DNA from: Longimicrobiales bacterium
GTDB taxonomy: Bacteria; Gemmatimonadota; Gemmatimonadetes; Longimicrobiales; Gaopeijiaceae
DNA length: 64,000 nt
Assembly (NCBI GenBank): GCA_965204735.1
Contig: OZ242008.1
Span: forward strand, 1,376,001 to 1,440,000
Reading direction: 5' to 3'
This document shows positions 28,204-36,868 of this stretch, one piece after another. How positions within the stretch are numbered: the stretch's first letter is position 1; each line of letters begins with the position of its first letter. The notes under the pieces were generated by a model. It was not told where the DNA came from and ran no database searches. It was given only the letters and a program-made list of their open reading frames with translations. The position numbers and the translations under genes are program-made.

Positions 28204-29532
28204 ATGATCTTCGAACTGGACGACGCACCGCGAAACAGCGCGCTGATGAAAGTCATCGGCGTCGGCGGGGCGGGCGGGAACGCCGTCAACCGGATGATCG
28301 ACGAGGACCTGGAAGGCGTCGAGTTCGTTTCGGCGAACACGGACGCGCAGGCTCTGGAGCGGTCGAAGGCCTCGCACACCATCCAGCTGGGCAAGCGCCT
28401 CACCCGGGGACTGGGGGCCGGCGCCCGCCCCGGGATCGGACGCCAGGCCATCGCCGAAGACGCCGACGAGGTGCGCCAGGTCCTGGAGGGGGCCGACCTG
28501 ATCTTCATCACCGCGGGGATGGGCGGCGGGACGGGGACGGGCGCGGCGCCGGTGATCGGGGAGATGACCCGGGAGCTGGGCGCGCTGGCGATCGCCGTCG
28601 TCACGCGGCCCTTCTCGTTCGAGGGCAAGAAGCGGATGCGCCAAGCCGACCAGGGGCTCGCCGAGCTCAAGCGCACGGTGGACACCATGGTCGTGGTGCC
28701 CAACGACCGGCTGCTCTCCGTGGTGGGGAAGGGCACCTCGTTCAGGGACGCCCTGAAGAAGGCCGACGAGGTCCTCCTCCACGCCACCCAAGGGATCAGC
28801 GACTTGATCCGCGTCAGCGGAGACGTCAACGTGGACTTCGCCGACGTGCGGACGATCATGTCCTCGTGCGGCGCGGCCCTCATGGGCACCGGCGTGGGCC
28901 GGGGCGAGAAGCGGGCCGTGAGCGCCGCCCAGGACGCGGTCACGTCGCCGCTGCTGGACAACGTCTCGATCAGGGGCGCCAAGGGCGTGCTGATCAACAT
29001 CACCGGCGGCTCGGACCTGGCCATCGACGAGGTGACGGAGATATCCACCATGATTCAGGAAGAGGCGGGCGACGATGCCGAGATCATCTTCGGCGCCGTT
29101 CAGGACTCGGCCATGGAAGGGGAGGTCCGCGTGACCCTCATCGCCACGGGCTTCGACGAGCACAGCCGGCTCGAGAGGGAGCCGACGGTCCCTCGTTTCC
29201 GTCCGAACCCCGCCCAGGCCCCGATCCAGCCGACGCCCATGGCGCCGTCGCCTTCCCGCGTCCCCGTCGCCGCGGCCGCCCGGAGGCCTTCCCCCGGGCC
29301 GTCCTCTCCCTTTGCTTCCGGGAGCTCGCGGGCGGGAAGCGGTGCGTTGCCGTCGAGCCCAGGGACGTCTCGCGACACGCCCGCGACGCCTTTCTCGTCC
29401 GGCAACGGAGGCGGCGGGATACACCCGGTTCTGGCCGCCGGAAGCAGGGCGCCCCGGGGCCCCGAGCCGCTGCAGACGGGACAGATCGGCGAGCTGGAAC
29501 TCCCCACCTTCATACGGAGGGCGAATGCCTGA
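28204..29532 (+). CDS. ftsZ: Cell division protein FtsZ
   Basis: KVIGVGGAGGNAVNRM, GLGAGA.P, GMGGGTGTG, NVDFAD, C-terminal LELPTFIRR. Confidence 0.98.
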   Translation: MIFELDDAPRNSALMKVIGVGGAGGNAVNRMIDEDLEGVEFVSANTDAQALERSKASHTIQLGKRLTRGLGAGARPGIGRQAIAEDADEVRQVLEGADLIFITAGMGGGTGTGAAPVIGEMTRELGALAIAVVTRPFSFEGKKRMRQADQGLAELKRTVDTMVVVPNDRLLSVVGKGTSFRDALKKADEVLLHATQGISDLIRVSGDVNVDFADVRTIMSSCGAALMGTGVGRGEKRAVSAAQDAVTSPLLDNVSIRGAKGVLINITGGSDLAIDEVTEISTMIQEEAGDDAEIIFGAVQDSAMEGEVRVTLIATGFDEHSRLEREPTVPRFRPNPAQAPIQPTPMAPSPSRVPVAAAARRPSPGPSSPFASGSSRAGSGALPSSPGTSRDTPATPFSSGNGGGGIHPVLAAGSRAPRGPEPLQTGQIGELELPTFIRRANA

Positions 29533-29629
29533 CCCCGAGACCGACGCCACGCGCCCCGCGGAGCTTGCTTCCGGCTCGCCGCCTGCCCTCGGGCGAATGC
29601 CTGACCCTGAAACCGACGCCACGCGCCCC
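29519..29629 (+). repeat. 39-bp direct repeat spanning the ftsZ stop and M23 start
   Basis: GGGCGAATGCCTGACCC(C/T)GA(G/A)ACCGACGCCACGCGCCCC at 29519 and 29591 (offset 72 bp); encodes MPDPETDATRP twice. Confidence 0.9.
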
Positions 29630-30994
29630 TCGGGCGCCGCCCGCCCGGGCGACCGGGACCCGAAGTGGCCCGAAGCGCCGCGGGGTCCGCGCGCTCCTGC
29701 AGCCTTCGCCCTCGTCCTGGCTGCGGTTCTCGCGGCGGGGTTCGGAGCCGTCGCGCTGGCGGCCCTCTCCCGGGGAGCGCCGGAGGCGGGCGTCCTGGAG
29801 CAGGTCCGGGCCCGGCCGCCGGAGCAAGTCGAGGAAAGGGTGCTGGGCCAGCACCGACCCCCCGTTCTCGCCTCCGTCCTCGCCGGCTTCGGGCTGGAAC
29901 AGAGGGACCGCACCCGCCTCGAGTTCGCCTTCCGAGAGGTCGCCAATCCCCGCAACCTGCTTCCCGACGTCAAGATCACCCGTCGCTGGCGCGACGACCC
30001 CTCTCGTCCTCACGTCGTCGAGGTGGTCCTGGATCCCGACCGGACGGTGCTCCTCGCCCGTTCGGCCGGCGGATGGGCGCCGAAGCTGCTCGTCACCGAG
30101 ACCACCACCGACACTCTGGCGGCGGCCGGCGAGATCGAGGCAGGAAGCAGCCTCTGGCAGGCCGTCCGTCAGCAAGCCGAGCTCTCCGAGATGTCCAGTC
30201 GGGACCAGGGGGAGCTGATCCACGGTCTCGACCAGGTCTTCCGCTGGCAGATCGACTTCTCGCGCCAGCTCCGTCCCGGCGACAGCTACAGCTTCGTCGC
30301 GGAGCGAGAGGTGCGACCCGACGGCAGCATCAGGTCGGTCCGACACCTGGCGGCGGAGCTGGTGAACCAGGACAGGAAGCTCCACGCCGTCTGGTTCGAC
30401 CCCGGGGGCGACGCCGAGGCGAGCTGGTTCGACCTGGACGGGCAGTCGGTGCGCCGCGCGTTCCTCAAGAAGCCCCTGGACTTTCGGCGGATATCGTCGC
30501 GCTTCAGCAACCGGCGCTTCCACCCGGTGCTGCGTCGCTGGCGCGCCCACCGGGGGGTGGACTACGCCGCCGACTCGGGGACCCCCGTCCACTCCACCGG
30601 CGACGGAGAGGTGTCGCGCAGGGGGTGGAGCGACTCCTACGGCAGGGTGATCGACGTGCGGCACGCCAACGGGTTCCTCACCCGCTACGCTCACTTGAGC
30701 CGCTGGGCCTCCGGAACCGCCGTCGGCTCCCGGGTGGCCCAGGGACAGACGATCGGCTACGTGGGGATGACGGGGCTGGCCACCGGTCCCCACCTCCACT
30801 ACGAGATGCATCAGGGCGGGCGGGCGATCGATCCCATCGAAACCGACCTGCCTGCCGGCGATCCGGTTCCCGCCCAGGAGATGGAGCGCTTCGAGCGAGA
30901 GAAGGCGGTCCGCCTGGCGCTCCTGCCGCCAGCTCCCGGCCGACGCCCGCCACTGGCCTCCCGAATCGCGCCGGAGGATGCGCCCGGCCCCTGA
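29525..30994 (+). CDS. M23 family metallo-endopeptidase (MepM-like)
   Basis: TM anchor; W.IDF.R.L..GD, FLK.PL.F..ISS.F, H.GVDY, Y.HL, TGPHLHYE. Confidence 0.9.
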   Translation: MPDPETDATRPAELASGSPPALGRMPDPETDATRPSGAARPGDRDPKWPEAPRGPRAPAAFALVLAAVLAAGFGAVALAALSRGAPEAGVLEQVRARPPEQVEERVLGQHRPPVLASVLAGFGLEQRDRTRLEFAFREVANPRNLLPDVKITRRWRDDPSRPHVVEVVLDPDRTVLLARSAGGWAPKLLVTETTTDTLAAAGEIEAGSSLWQAVRQQAELSEMSSRDQGELIHGLDQVFRWQIDFSRQLRPGDSYSFVAEREVRPDGSIRSVRHLAAELVNQDRKLHAVWFDPGGDAEASWFDLDGQSVRRAFLKKPLDFRRISSRFSNRRFHPVLRRWRAHRGVDYAADSGTPVHSTGDGEVSRRGWSDSYGRVIDVRHANGFLTRYAHLSRWASGTAVGSRVAQGQTIGYVGMTGLATGPHLHYEMHQGGRAIDPIETDLPAGDPVPAQEMERFEREKAVRLALLPPAPGRRPPLASRIAPEDAPGP

Positions 30995-32990
30995 CCCCTT
31001 GGCCTCTTCGCTCATCCTGGCGCTGGCCGTGCTTCTCCTGGCCGGCGGGTTCTGCGGCTGGACGTACTACCGTCGGGAGTTCGCCGTTCGAGGAAGGCTC
31101 CTGCTGACGCTGGCCCGAACCCTGGCCGTTGCGGCGACCGCCGGCGTCCTCTGGAACCCGGACGTGTCCACCGGTGGCGGCCCCGGCTCGGTCCGGTGGG
31201 CGATCCTCGACGCCAGCCCCTCCATGGCGGCCCTCGACGAAGGCGGCGCGCCCGTGAAGGAGTCGGCGGCGACCCGGGTCCAGGCGCTGGAGTCGGCGGG
31301 GGCGCGGATACTGGTCGCCGACGGGGGCTCGCGGCTCGCCGACGCCGTTGCCACGGCTGCGGAAGCGGGCGCCCAGGAGGTCGTGCTGGTGACCGATCGG
31401 CGTCTGGCGGATCCGGTCTCCACGGCGTCCGCGGCCCGTCGCCTGGGGGTCGGCCTCTCGGTGGACGAGGGGGTCGCCGGCGCCGCGCCGAACCTTGGCC
31501 TGAGCCGCTTCGACGTGCCGCCGACGGTCGCCCCGGGCCGGCCCCTTGAAGGGCGGGTCGAGATCGAGGGGTGGGCCGGGGACTCGACCACGGCCGTCGG
31601 GCCGAGTCCCGGGGCCGCCGGGACTTCCGGCGATTCGGGGGCCGCTGGGACTTCCGGCGATTCGGGGGCCGCCGGTGCCCGCCTCGCGCCCGAACTCGTC
31701 TCCGTGGTTCTCACGGTGGACGGCTTGCCCAGGCAGACGCTGCAGCTTCCCCTGCCGACGGGTGGAACGTCGTCCGCCGCCTTCGTCCTGGAGGGGCTCG
31801 CGCCCGGTCCCCGTCGCGTGGAAGCACGCCTGGAGCGCCCGGACGCCTTCCCCCTCGACGACCGACGGGTCCGGATCGTCGACGTGGGCTCGGAGGAGGC
31901 CGGGGTCCTCCTTGCGTCGTTCGCGCCGGGCTGGGAGCCCCGTTTCCTCCTGCCGGTCCTGGCCCAGGCCACGGGCCTGCCCGCGCGGGGCTACCTCCGC
32001 ACCGGGCCCGGTCGCTTCCAGCCGATGACGGGCGGGCGAACGCCGCCCAGCGAATCGGTGGACGCAGCCGGGCTCGCCCGTCTGATGGGGCGCGCCGAAC
32101 TCGTGGTGGCGATGGGGGTGGACGGCGCTGCCCAGGAGTTCCTGGGCCGGGCCGCAGTCGGCGCGCGAGGGCTGGTGGTCTTCCCGGCGGACGGCGCCGG
32201 AGCGGCGGCCGCGGGCGTGGCGGCCGGCGAGCCGCAGGAGGGAGAATGGTACGTGAGCGGCGCTCCGCCGTCGCCGATATCCGGAGAGCTGGGCGGTTTC
32301 GCCTTGGGGCGCCTTCCGCCTCTGGACGGGGTCATGCCACTGCTGGACCAGGGCGGAGGCGTGGCGCTGGAGGCTCGACGGGGCGGAGCGGGGGCGCCCA
32401 GGCCGGCGCTGGTGCTTCGCGACGACGGGGGCCGACGGCGCGCGGCGGCCCTCGCCGGCGGGTTCTGGCGATGGGCGTTCCGGGATGGAGAGCCCGTCGA
32501 GGGCTACCGCCGCCTCTGGGCGGCCGTCGGGGGCTGGATGATCGCCGACAAGCGCTTCCGAGGAGGCGAGGGCGTTCGTACCGCCGGAACCGTCCTTCCC
32601 CGCGGCGCTCCCGTCGGCTGGACGGCGCGAGGCCGCGAGGGCCAGGAGGTCGGCCTGACGGTTGCCGACTCGGCGGGCGTGTCCGTTCTGGACTCCACGC
32701 TGGCGGTTCCTCCCTCGGGCGCCTTCGCCACGCCCCCTCTCCCGCCCGGACCGTACCGCTTCCGGGCGGAAGCCGGCGACACGACCGTCGGCGTCTTCGA
32801 GGTCGAGTCCTACTCCGGCGACATGGTTCGCCGACCCGTGCCGGCGGCGGAGCTGACCGTCGCCCCGGCCCGGGACCGCGCAATAGAGTTCGGCAAGCGT
32901 CCGCTCCGCACCTTGCCGTGGCCTTACCTTGTCGTCCTGGGAGCTCTTTGCTGCGAGTGGACGGGACGGAGGCGGGCGGGCCTGCGCTAG
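30978..32990 (+). CDS. Membrane protein with vWA-like MIDAS motif (hypothetical)
   Basis: Two N-terminal TM segments, DASPS (DxSxS) and VVLVTD, Ig-like segments, C-terminal TM followed by 'EW..RRR.GL'. Start uncertain. Confidence 0.65.
   Translation: MRPAPDPLASSLILALAVLLLAGGFCGWTYYRREFAVRGRLLLTLARTLAVAATAGVLWNPDVSTGGGPGSVRWAILDASPSMAALDEGGAPVKESAATRVQALESAGARILVADGGSRLADAVATAAEAGAQEVVLVTDRRLADPVSTASAARRLGVGLSVDEGVAGAAPNLGLSRFDVPPTVAPGRPLEGRVEIEGWAGDSTTAVGPSPGAAGTSGDSGAAGTSGDSGAAGARLAPELVSVVLTVDGLPRQTLQLPLPTGGTSSAAFVLEGLAPGPRRVEARLERPDAFPLDDRRVRIVDVGSEEAGVLLASFAPGWEPRFLLPVLAQATGLPARGYLRTGPGRFQPMTGGRTPPSESVDAAGLARLMGRAELVVAMGVDGAAQEFLGRAAVGARGLVVFPADGAGAAAAGVAAGEPQEGEWYVSGAPPSPISGELGGFALGRLPPLDGVMPLLDQGGGVALEARRGGAGAPRPALVLRDDGGRRRAAALAGGFWRWAFRDGEPVEGYRRLWAAVGGWMIADKRFRGGEGVRTAGTVLPRGAPVGWTARGREGQEVGLTVADSAGVSVLDSTLAVPPSGAFATPPLPPGPYRFRAEAGDTTVGVFEVESYSGDMVRRPVPAAELTVAPARDRAIEFGKRPLRTLPWPYLVVLGALCCEWTGRRRAGLR
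31611..31675 (+). repeat. 27-bp in-frame tandem repeat (GAAGTSGDS, ~2.4 copies)
   Basis: GGGGCCGC(C/T)GGGACTTCCGGCGATTCG at 31611 and 31638, partial copy at 31665. Confidence 0.9.
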
Positions 32991-32993
32991 CTC

Positions 32994-33938
32994 ATGCGAT
33001 TCCTTCGGCGAACCAAGGACGGCCGCCCCTCCGGCGAGGCGTGGAAGCGGGCGCTGGGGCGAGTTGTGCCGTCCACCTTCCGCCGCATCGACGCCGCCGC
33101 CCTGGGAGAGCTGGAGGAACGCCTGATCGAGGCCGACTTCGGAGTGGGCGCCAGCGAGCGGTTCGTGGCGGCCGTTGAGAAGGCCGCCAGGTCCGACGGC
33201 GTGCGCGACCAGGCGGGCGTCCGCCGAATACTCGCCGCCCAGATCCGGGCGGTCTTCGACCGCGCCGGCGCAACCGACGCCGGGGGCGGATCCGCCTTCG
33301 ATCTTGCCATGGCCGCGAAGCCTCCCACGGTGTACCTGGTGGCGGGAGTCAACGGCGCGGGGAAGACCACCACCGTCGGCAAGCTGGCCCACCGTCTCGT
33401 CTCGGGCGGCGCCCGCGTGATCGTGGCGGCGGCGGACACCTACCGGGCGGGCGCCGTGGCGCAGCTGGCCCGCTGGGCGGAACGGGCGGGCGCGGAGCTG
33501 GTGGCGGGCCAGCCGGGAGGAGATCCGGCCGCAGTGGCGTTCGACGCCTTGGTCGCGGCGAAGGCCCGGGGCGCGGACGTGGTGCTGGTGGACACGGCCG
33601 GTCGGCTCCACACCCATGGGGGCCTGATGGACGAGCTGGCGAAGGTGCAGCGGGTCCTGGGAAGGCGCCACGAGAACGCGCCCCACGAGACCCTGCTGGT
33701 CCTCGACGCCACGGTGGGCCAGAACGGAGTCGCCCAGGCGCGGGAGTTCTCCCAGTACGTGACGCCGACGGGAATCGTCCTTGCCAAGACGGACTCCACC
33801 GCCCGGGGCGGGGTCGTGGTGGCGTTGCGAGAAGAGATGGACATCCCCGTGAAGCTGGTGGGAACCGGAGAGGCGCTCGACGACCTGGCGCCCTTCGACC
33901 CGGACGAGTTCGTCCAGGGGGTGCTGGCCGGGCCGTGA
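32994..33938 (+). CDS. ftsY: Signal recognition particle receptor FtsY (short, NG domain only)
   Basis: LEE.LI.AD.G, GVNGAGKTTT.GKLA, ADTYRA.A..QL, DTAGR, DAT.GQN, K.D..ARGG, GTGE..DDL.PF. Confidence 0.95.
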   Translation: MRFLRRTKDGRPSGEAWKRALGRVVPSTFRRIDAAALGELEERLIEADFGVGASERFVAAVEKAARSDGVRDQAGVRRILAAQIRAVFDRAGATDAGGGSAFDLAMAAKPPTVYLVAGVNGAGKTTTVGKLAHRLVSGGARVIVAAADTYRAGAVAQLARWAERAGAELVAGQPGGDPAAVAFDALVAAKARGADVVLVDTAGRLHTHGGLMDELAKVQRVLGRRHENAPHETLLVLDATVGQNGVAQAREFSQYVTPTGIVLAKTDSTARGGVVVALREEMDIPVKLVGTGEALDDLAPFDPDEFVQGVLAGP

Positions 33939-36091
33939 GCCAGGGCCGCGAACCGCAGCCGCTGTCGCGCCTGGAGATGCCCGTCCAGTTCTTGAAGGGG
34001 GTCGGGCCCAAGCGGGCGGAAGCCCTGGCACGGATGGAGATCCTCACCGCCCGCGATCTCCTATACCACGCACCCCGCCGCTACGACGACGCCTCCACGA
34101 TCACCCCCATCGCCCTGGCCGAGGTCGGGGCGGACGTGACGGTGGCCGGCGAAGTCCGCAGCAAGGGCGTGCTTCCGACCCGTTCCGGGCTGCGCATCTT
34201 CCAGGCGGTGGTCCGCGACGAGACGGGGATCGTCACCTGCGCTTGGCCCGGCCAGCCCTGGGTGGACAGGACCCTCCGGGTGGGCGACCGCATTCTGGTC
34301 ACGGGTCCCGTCCGCTTCTTCCACGGTCGCCAGATCCATCCTCGGGAGCACGTCCTGCTGTCGCGGGGCGAGTCGTCCGCCGCCGCCTCTGCCGACGGCC
34401 CCGCCAGCCGCTCCTCCGGCCCGAAGAGCCGCCCCGTCGCCGACCAGGGCAAGATATTCGTCGTCTATCGCGCATCCGAGGACCTTCCCCAGTGGTTCTT
34501 CCGCCGGGCGATCGACCGCAACTTGGAGTGGCTCGTCGAGCACGCCGCCCGAGAGGACCCGCTGACTCCCGAAGCCCGCCGATGCTTGGCGCTGCCGACG
34601 CTGGCCGACGCCCTCCGGGCGCTCCACAGGCCTTCCTCCATGGCCGAGAAGGACGAGGCCCGCCGACGACTTGCCTTCGACGAGCTCTTCCTCCTCCAGC
34701 TCCAGAAGGCCCGCCTCCGGGCTCGGGCGGCCGAACGGCCTGGGATCGCGTTCGTCCGCACCAATCGGCTGATCAAGCCGCTCCACGACGCGCTGCCGTT
34801 CGCCCTCACGGGCGCCCAAGCCCGCGTCCTGCGCGAGATCTACGCCGACATGACCTCGTCCAAGAGGATGAACCGGATGCTCCAGGGCGACGTGGGCTCG
34901 GGAAAGACGCTGGTGGCCCTCTTTGCCATGCTCCTGGCCGTGGAGGGAGGACGCCAGGCGGCCCTCATGGCGCCCACGGCGATACTGGCGGAACAGCACG
35001 CGGCCCGCATCCGGGAGCTCGTGCAGGGAGTGCCGGCGAATGTGGAGCTGCTGGTGGGATCGACGACGGGGCGTCGGCGCGAAGCGGCCCGGGCGCGGGT
35101 GGCGTCGGGCGAGGCGCAGCTTGTGATCGGCACCCATGCTCTGATCCAGGAGGGGGTGGAGTTCGAGTCCCTCGGGCTGGCGGTGGTGGACGAGCAGCAC
35201 CGCTTCGGCGTTCGCCAGCGCCTTGCCCTGGCCGAGCGGGACCCGCGGCCCGACGTGCTCCTCATGTCCGCCACGCCGATTCCGCGCAGCTTGGCGATGG
35301 TCCTGCACGGCGACCTGGAGATGAGCGTCGTCGACGAGCTGCCCCCCGGTCGGCGTCCAGTCGTCACCCGAATCGCTTCCCCCGACGAGCGCGGGGCCGT
35401 GCTGGGCGAGGTGCGCCGACGGACTGCCCAAGGGCGTCAGGCGTACTTGGTCTATCCCATGATCGACGAAGCGGAGCACGCCGACTTCCGAGCCGCCGAA
35501 GCCGAGTTCGACCGCCTGAAGCGGGAGGAGATGTCGGGTTGTCGGATGGCGTTGCTCCACGGGCGCGTCCCGGCAGAGGAGAAGGACGAGATCATGCGCC
35601 GCTTCCAGGGGGGCGAGATCGACGTCCTGGCAGCGACGACGGTGGTCGAGGTCGGGATCGACGTGCCCAACGCGACGGTCATGGTGGTGGAGAACGCGGA
35701 GCGGTTCGGGCTCTCGCAGCTCCACCAGCTGAGGGGGCGCGTCGGGCGGGGAGAAGAGGCGGGGCTCTTCGTCATGGTGCCCGGGACGGGCGCGGCAGCG
35801 GCGGAGCGGCTGGAGGTCCTGGCCCGCACCGTCGACGGCTTCGAGATCGCCAGGGAGGACCTGCGGCTGCGCGGCCAGGGAGACGTCTTCGGGCCTCGCC
35901 AGCATGGTCGCGCCGCCGCCCTCCGCTTCGCCGACGTGCTCGCGCACCAGGACTTGATCGCGCACGCCCACGAGCGGGCCCGCGAGCTGATCGCCCGCGA
36001 CCCCGAGCTGGCGGGGGCCGACAACGCCCTGCTCCGCCGTCTGCTGGACCGGCGCTGCGAGGACCAAGCCAAGCTCTACGGCGTCGGCTGA
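33935..36091 (+). CDS. recG: ATP-dependent DNA helicase RecG
   Basis: LKGVGPKR, RRL.FDE, LQGDVGSGKT, MAPT.ILAEQH, DEQHRFG, MSATPIPR, TTVVEVGIDVPNA, QLHQLRGRVGRG, DL.LRG.G. Confidence 0.96.
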   Translation: MSQGREPQPLSRLEMPVQFLKGVGPKRAEALARMEILTARDLLYHAPRRYDDASTITPIALAEVGADVTVAGEVRSKGVLPTRSGLRIFQAVVRDETGIVTCAWPGQPWVDRTLRVGDRILVTGPVRFFHGRQIHPREHVLLSRGESSAAASADGPASRSSGPKSRPVADQGKIFVVYRASEDLPQWFFRRAIDRNLEWLVEHAAREDPLTPEARRCLALPTLADALRALHRPSSMAEKDEARRRLAFDELFLLQLQKARLRARAAERPGIAFVRTNRLIKPLHDALPFALTGAQARVLREIYADMTSSKRMNRMLQGDVGSGKTLVALFAMLLAVEGGRQAALMAPTAILAEQHAARIRELVQGVPANVELLVGSTTGRRREAARARVASGEAQLVIGTHALIQEGVEFESLGLAVVDEQHRFGVRQRLALAERDPRPDVLLMSATPIPRSLAMVLHGDLEMSVVDELPPGRRPVVTRIASPDERGAVLGEVRRRTAQGRQAYLVYPMIDEAEHADFRAAEAEFDRLKREEMSGCRMALLHGRVPAEEKDEIMRRFQGGEIDVLAATTVVEVGIDVPNATVMVVENAERFGLSQLHQLRGRVGRGEEAGLFVMVPGTGAAAAERLEVLARTVDGFEIAREDLRLRGQGDVFGPRQHGRAAALRFADVLAHQDLIAHAHERARELIARDPELAGADNALLRRLLDRRCEDQAKLYGVG

Positions 36092-36256
36092 CACGCCGCC
36101 GACTCGCCCCAGGGGCGGTGCGCGCGCGACTTGGGTTTGACACTCCCAAGGGATGCCCCGACCTTGACCCGCAGCGTTATGGTTCGAGACGCACTGGCCC
36201 GGGCGCGGCCTGGGCGGGGGCGGCAACTTCACGCAATCCCCAAGGGAGGACGAACC

Positions 36257-36868
36257 ATGACAACGACGGCAGCCAGGGTGGCGAGGGTCATGACCGAGGC
36301 CGACGAGCGACTTCAGGACTCCGGATTCGACGGGGCTCAGTCCAGGGCGGTGATCTTGTCTGCAGTCCAGATTGTGGACGAGGCAATTCGACATTTGGCG
36401 ACCAGCGAGGCCTTGGCCGAGACGAACCGACGCTTGGCGAGGGTCGAGGAGGCGGTTTCGGCGCTCCGCGAGGAGACTGGCGCCGGCAGGAAGGAGGCCG
36501 GCGCCGCCCGGGAGGAGGCCGCCGCCGCCCACAAGGAGGCCGTTGCCGCTCGGGAGGAGGCTGCCGCCGCCCACAAGGAGGCCGTTGCCGCTCGGGAGGA
36601 GGCCGCCGCCGCCCACAAGGAGGCCGTTGCCGCTCGCCAGGAGGCTGCCGCCGCCCGGAAGGCGGCCTCGGCCGCCTGCGAGGCGGCGAAGACGGTTGCG
36701 GCCAACTTCGACAAGTTCAGGGACCAGATGGACACGTTCAAGGATCAGATGGCTGCCGAGGTCGCAGCCGAGATGGCAAAGGGGTTTGCGCGCATGTCCA
36801 GGCAGCTCTGGGTCATGGTTGGCGCCACGGCCGCGATCATCCTTGGCATCGTCCGCCTGTTGTGGTGA
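36257..36868 (+). CDS. Coiled-coil protein with C-terminal TM anchor and 14-aa tandem repeats (DUF1640/CCDC90-like architecture)
   Basis: GGGAGG RBS; head 'L..SGF...Q..A', neck 'LAT', long coiled coil, terminal hydrophobic helix. Family assignment is by pattern only. Confidence 0.7.
   Translation: MTTTAARVARVMTEADERLQDSGFDGAQSRAVILSAVQIVDEAIRHLATSEALAETNRRLARVEEAVSALREETGAGRKEAGAAREEAAAAHKEAVAAREEAAAAHKEAVAAREEAAAAHKEAVAARQEAAAARKAASAACEAAKTVAANFDKFRDQMDTFKDQMAAEVAAEMAKGFARMSRQLWVMVGATAAIILGIVRLLW
36491..36658 (+). repeat. 42-bp in-frame VNTR, 4 copies (KEAVAAREEAAAAH)
   Basis: Near-identical units starting at 36491, 36533, 36575 and 36617. Confidence 0.92.

Noticed and set aside
36491..36658. 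Possible CRISPR or non-coding repeat array
   Set aside because: In-frame coding repeat of two heptads with no unique spacers.
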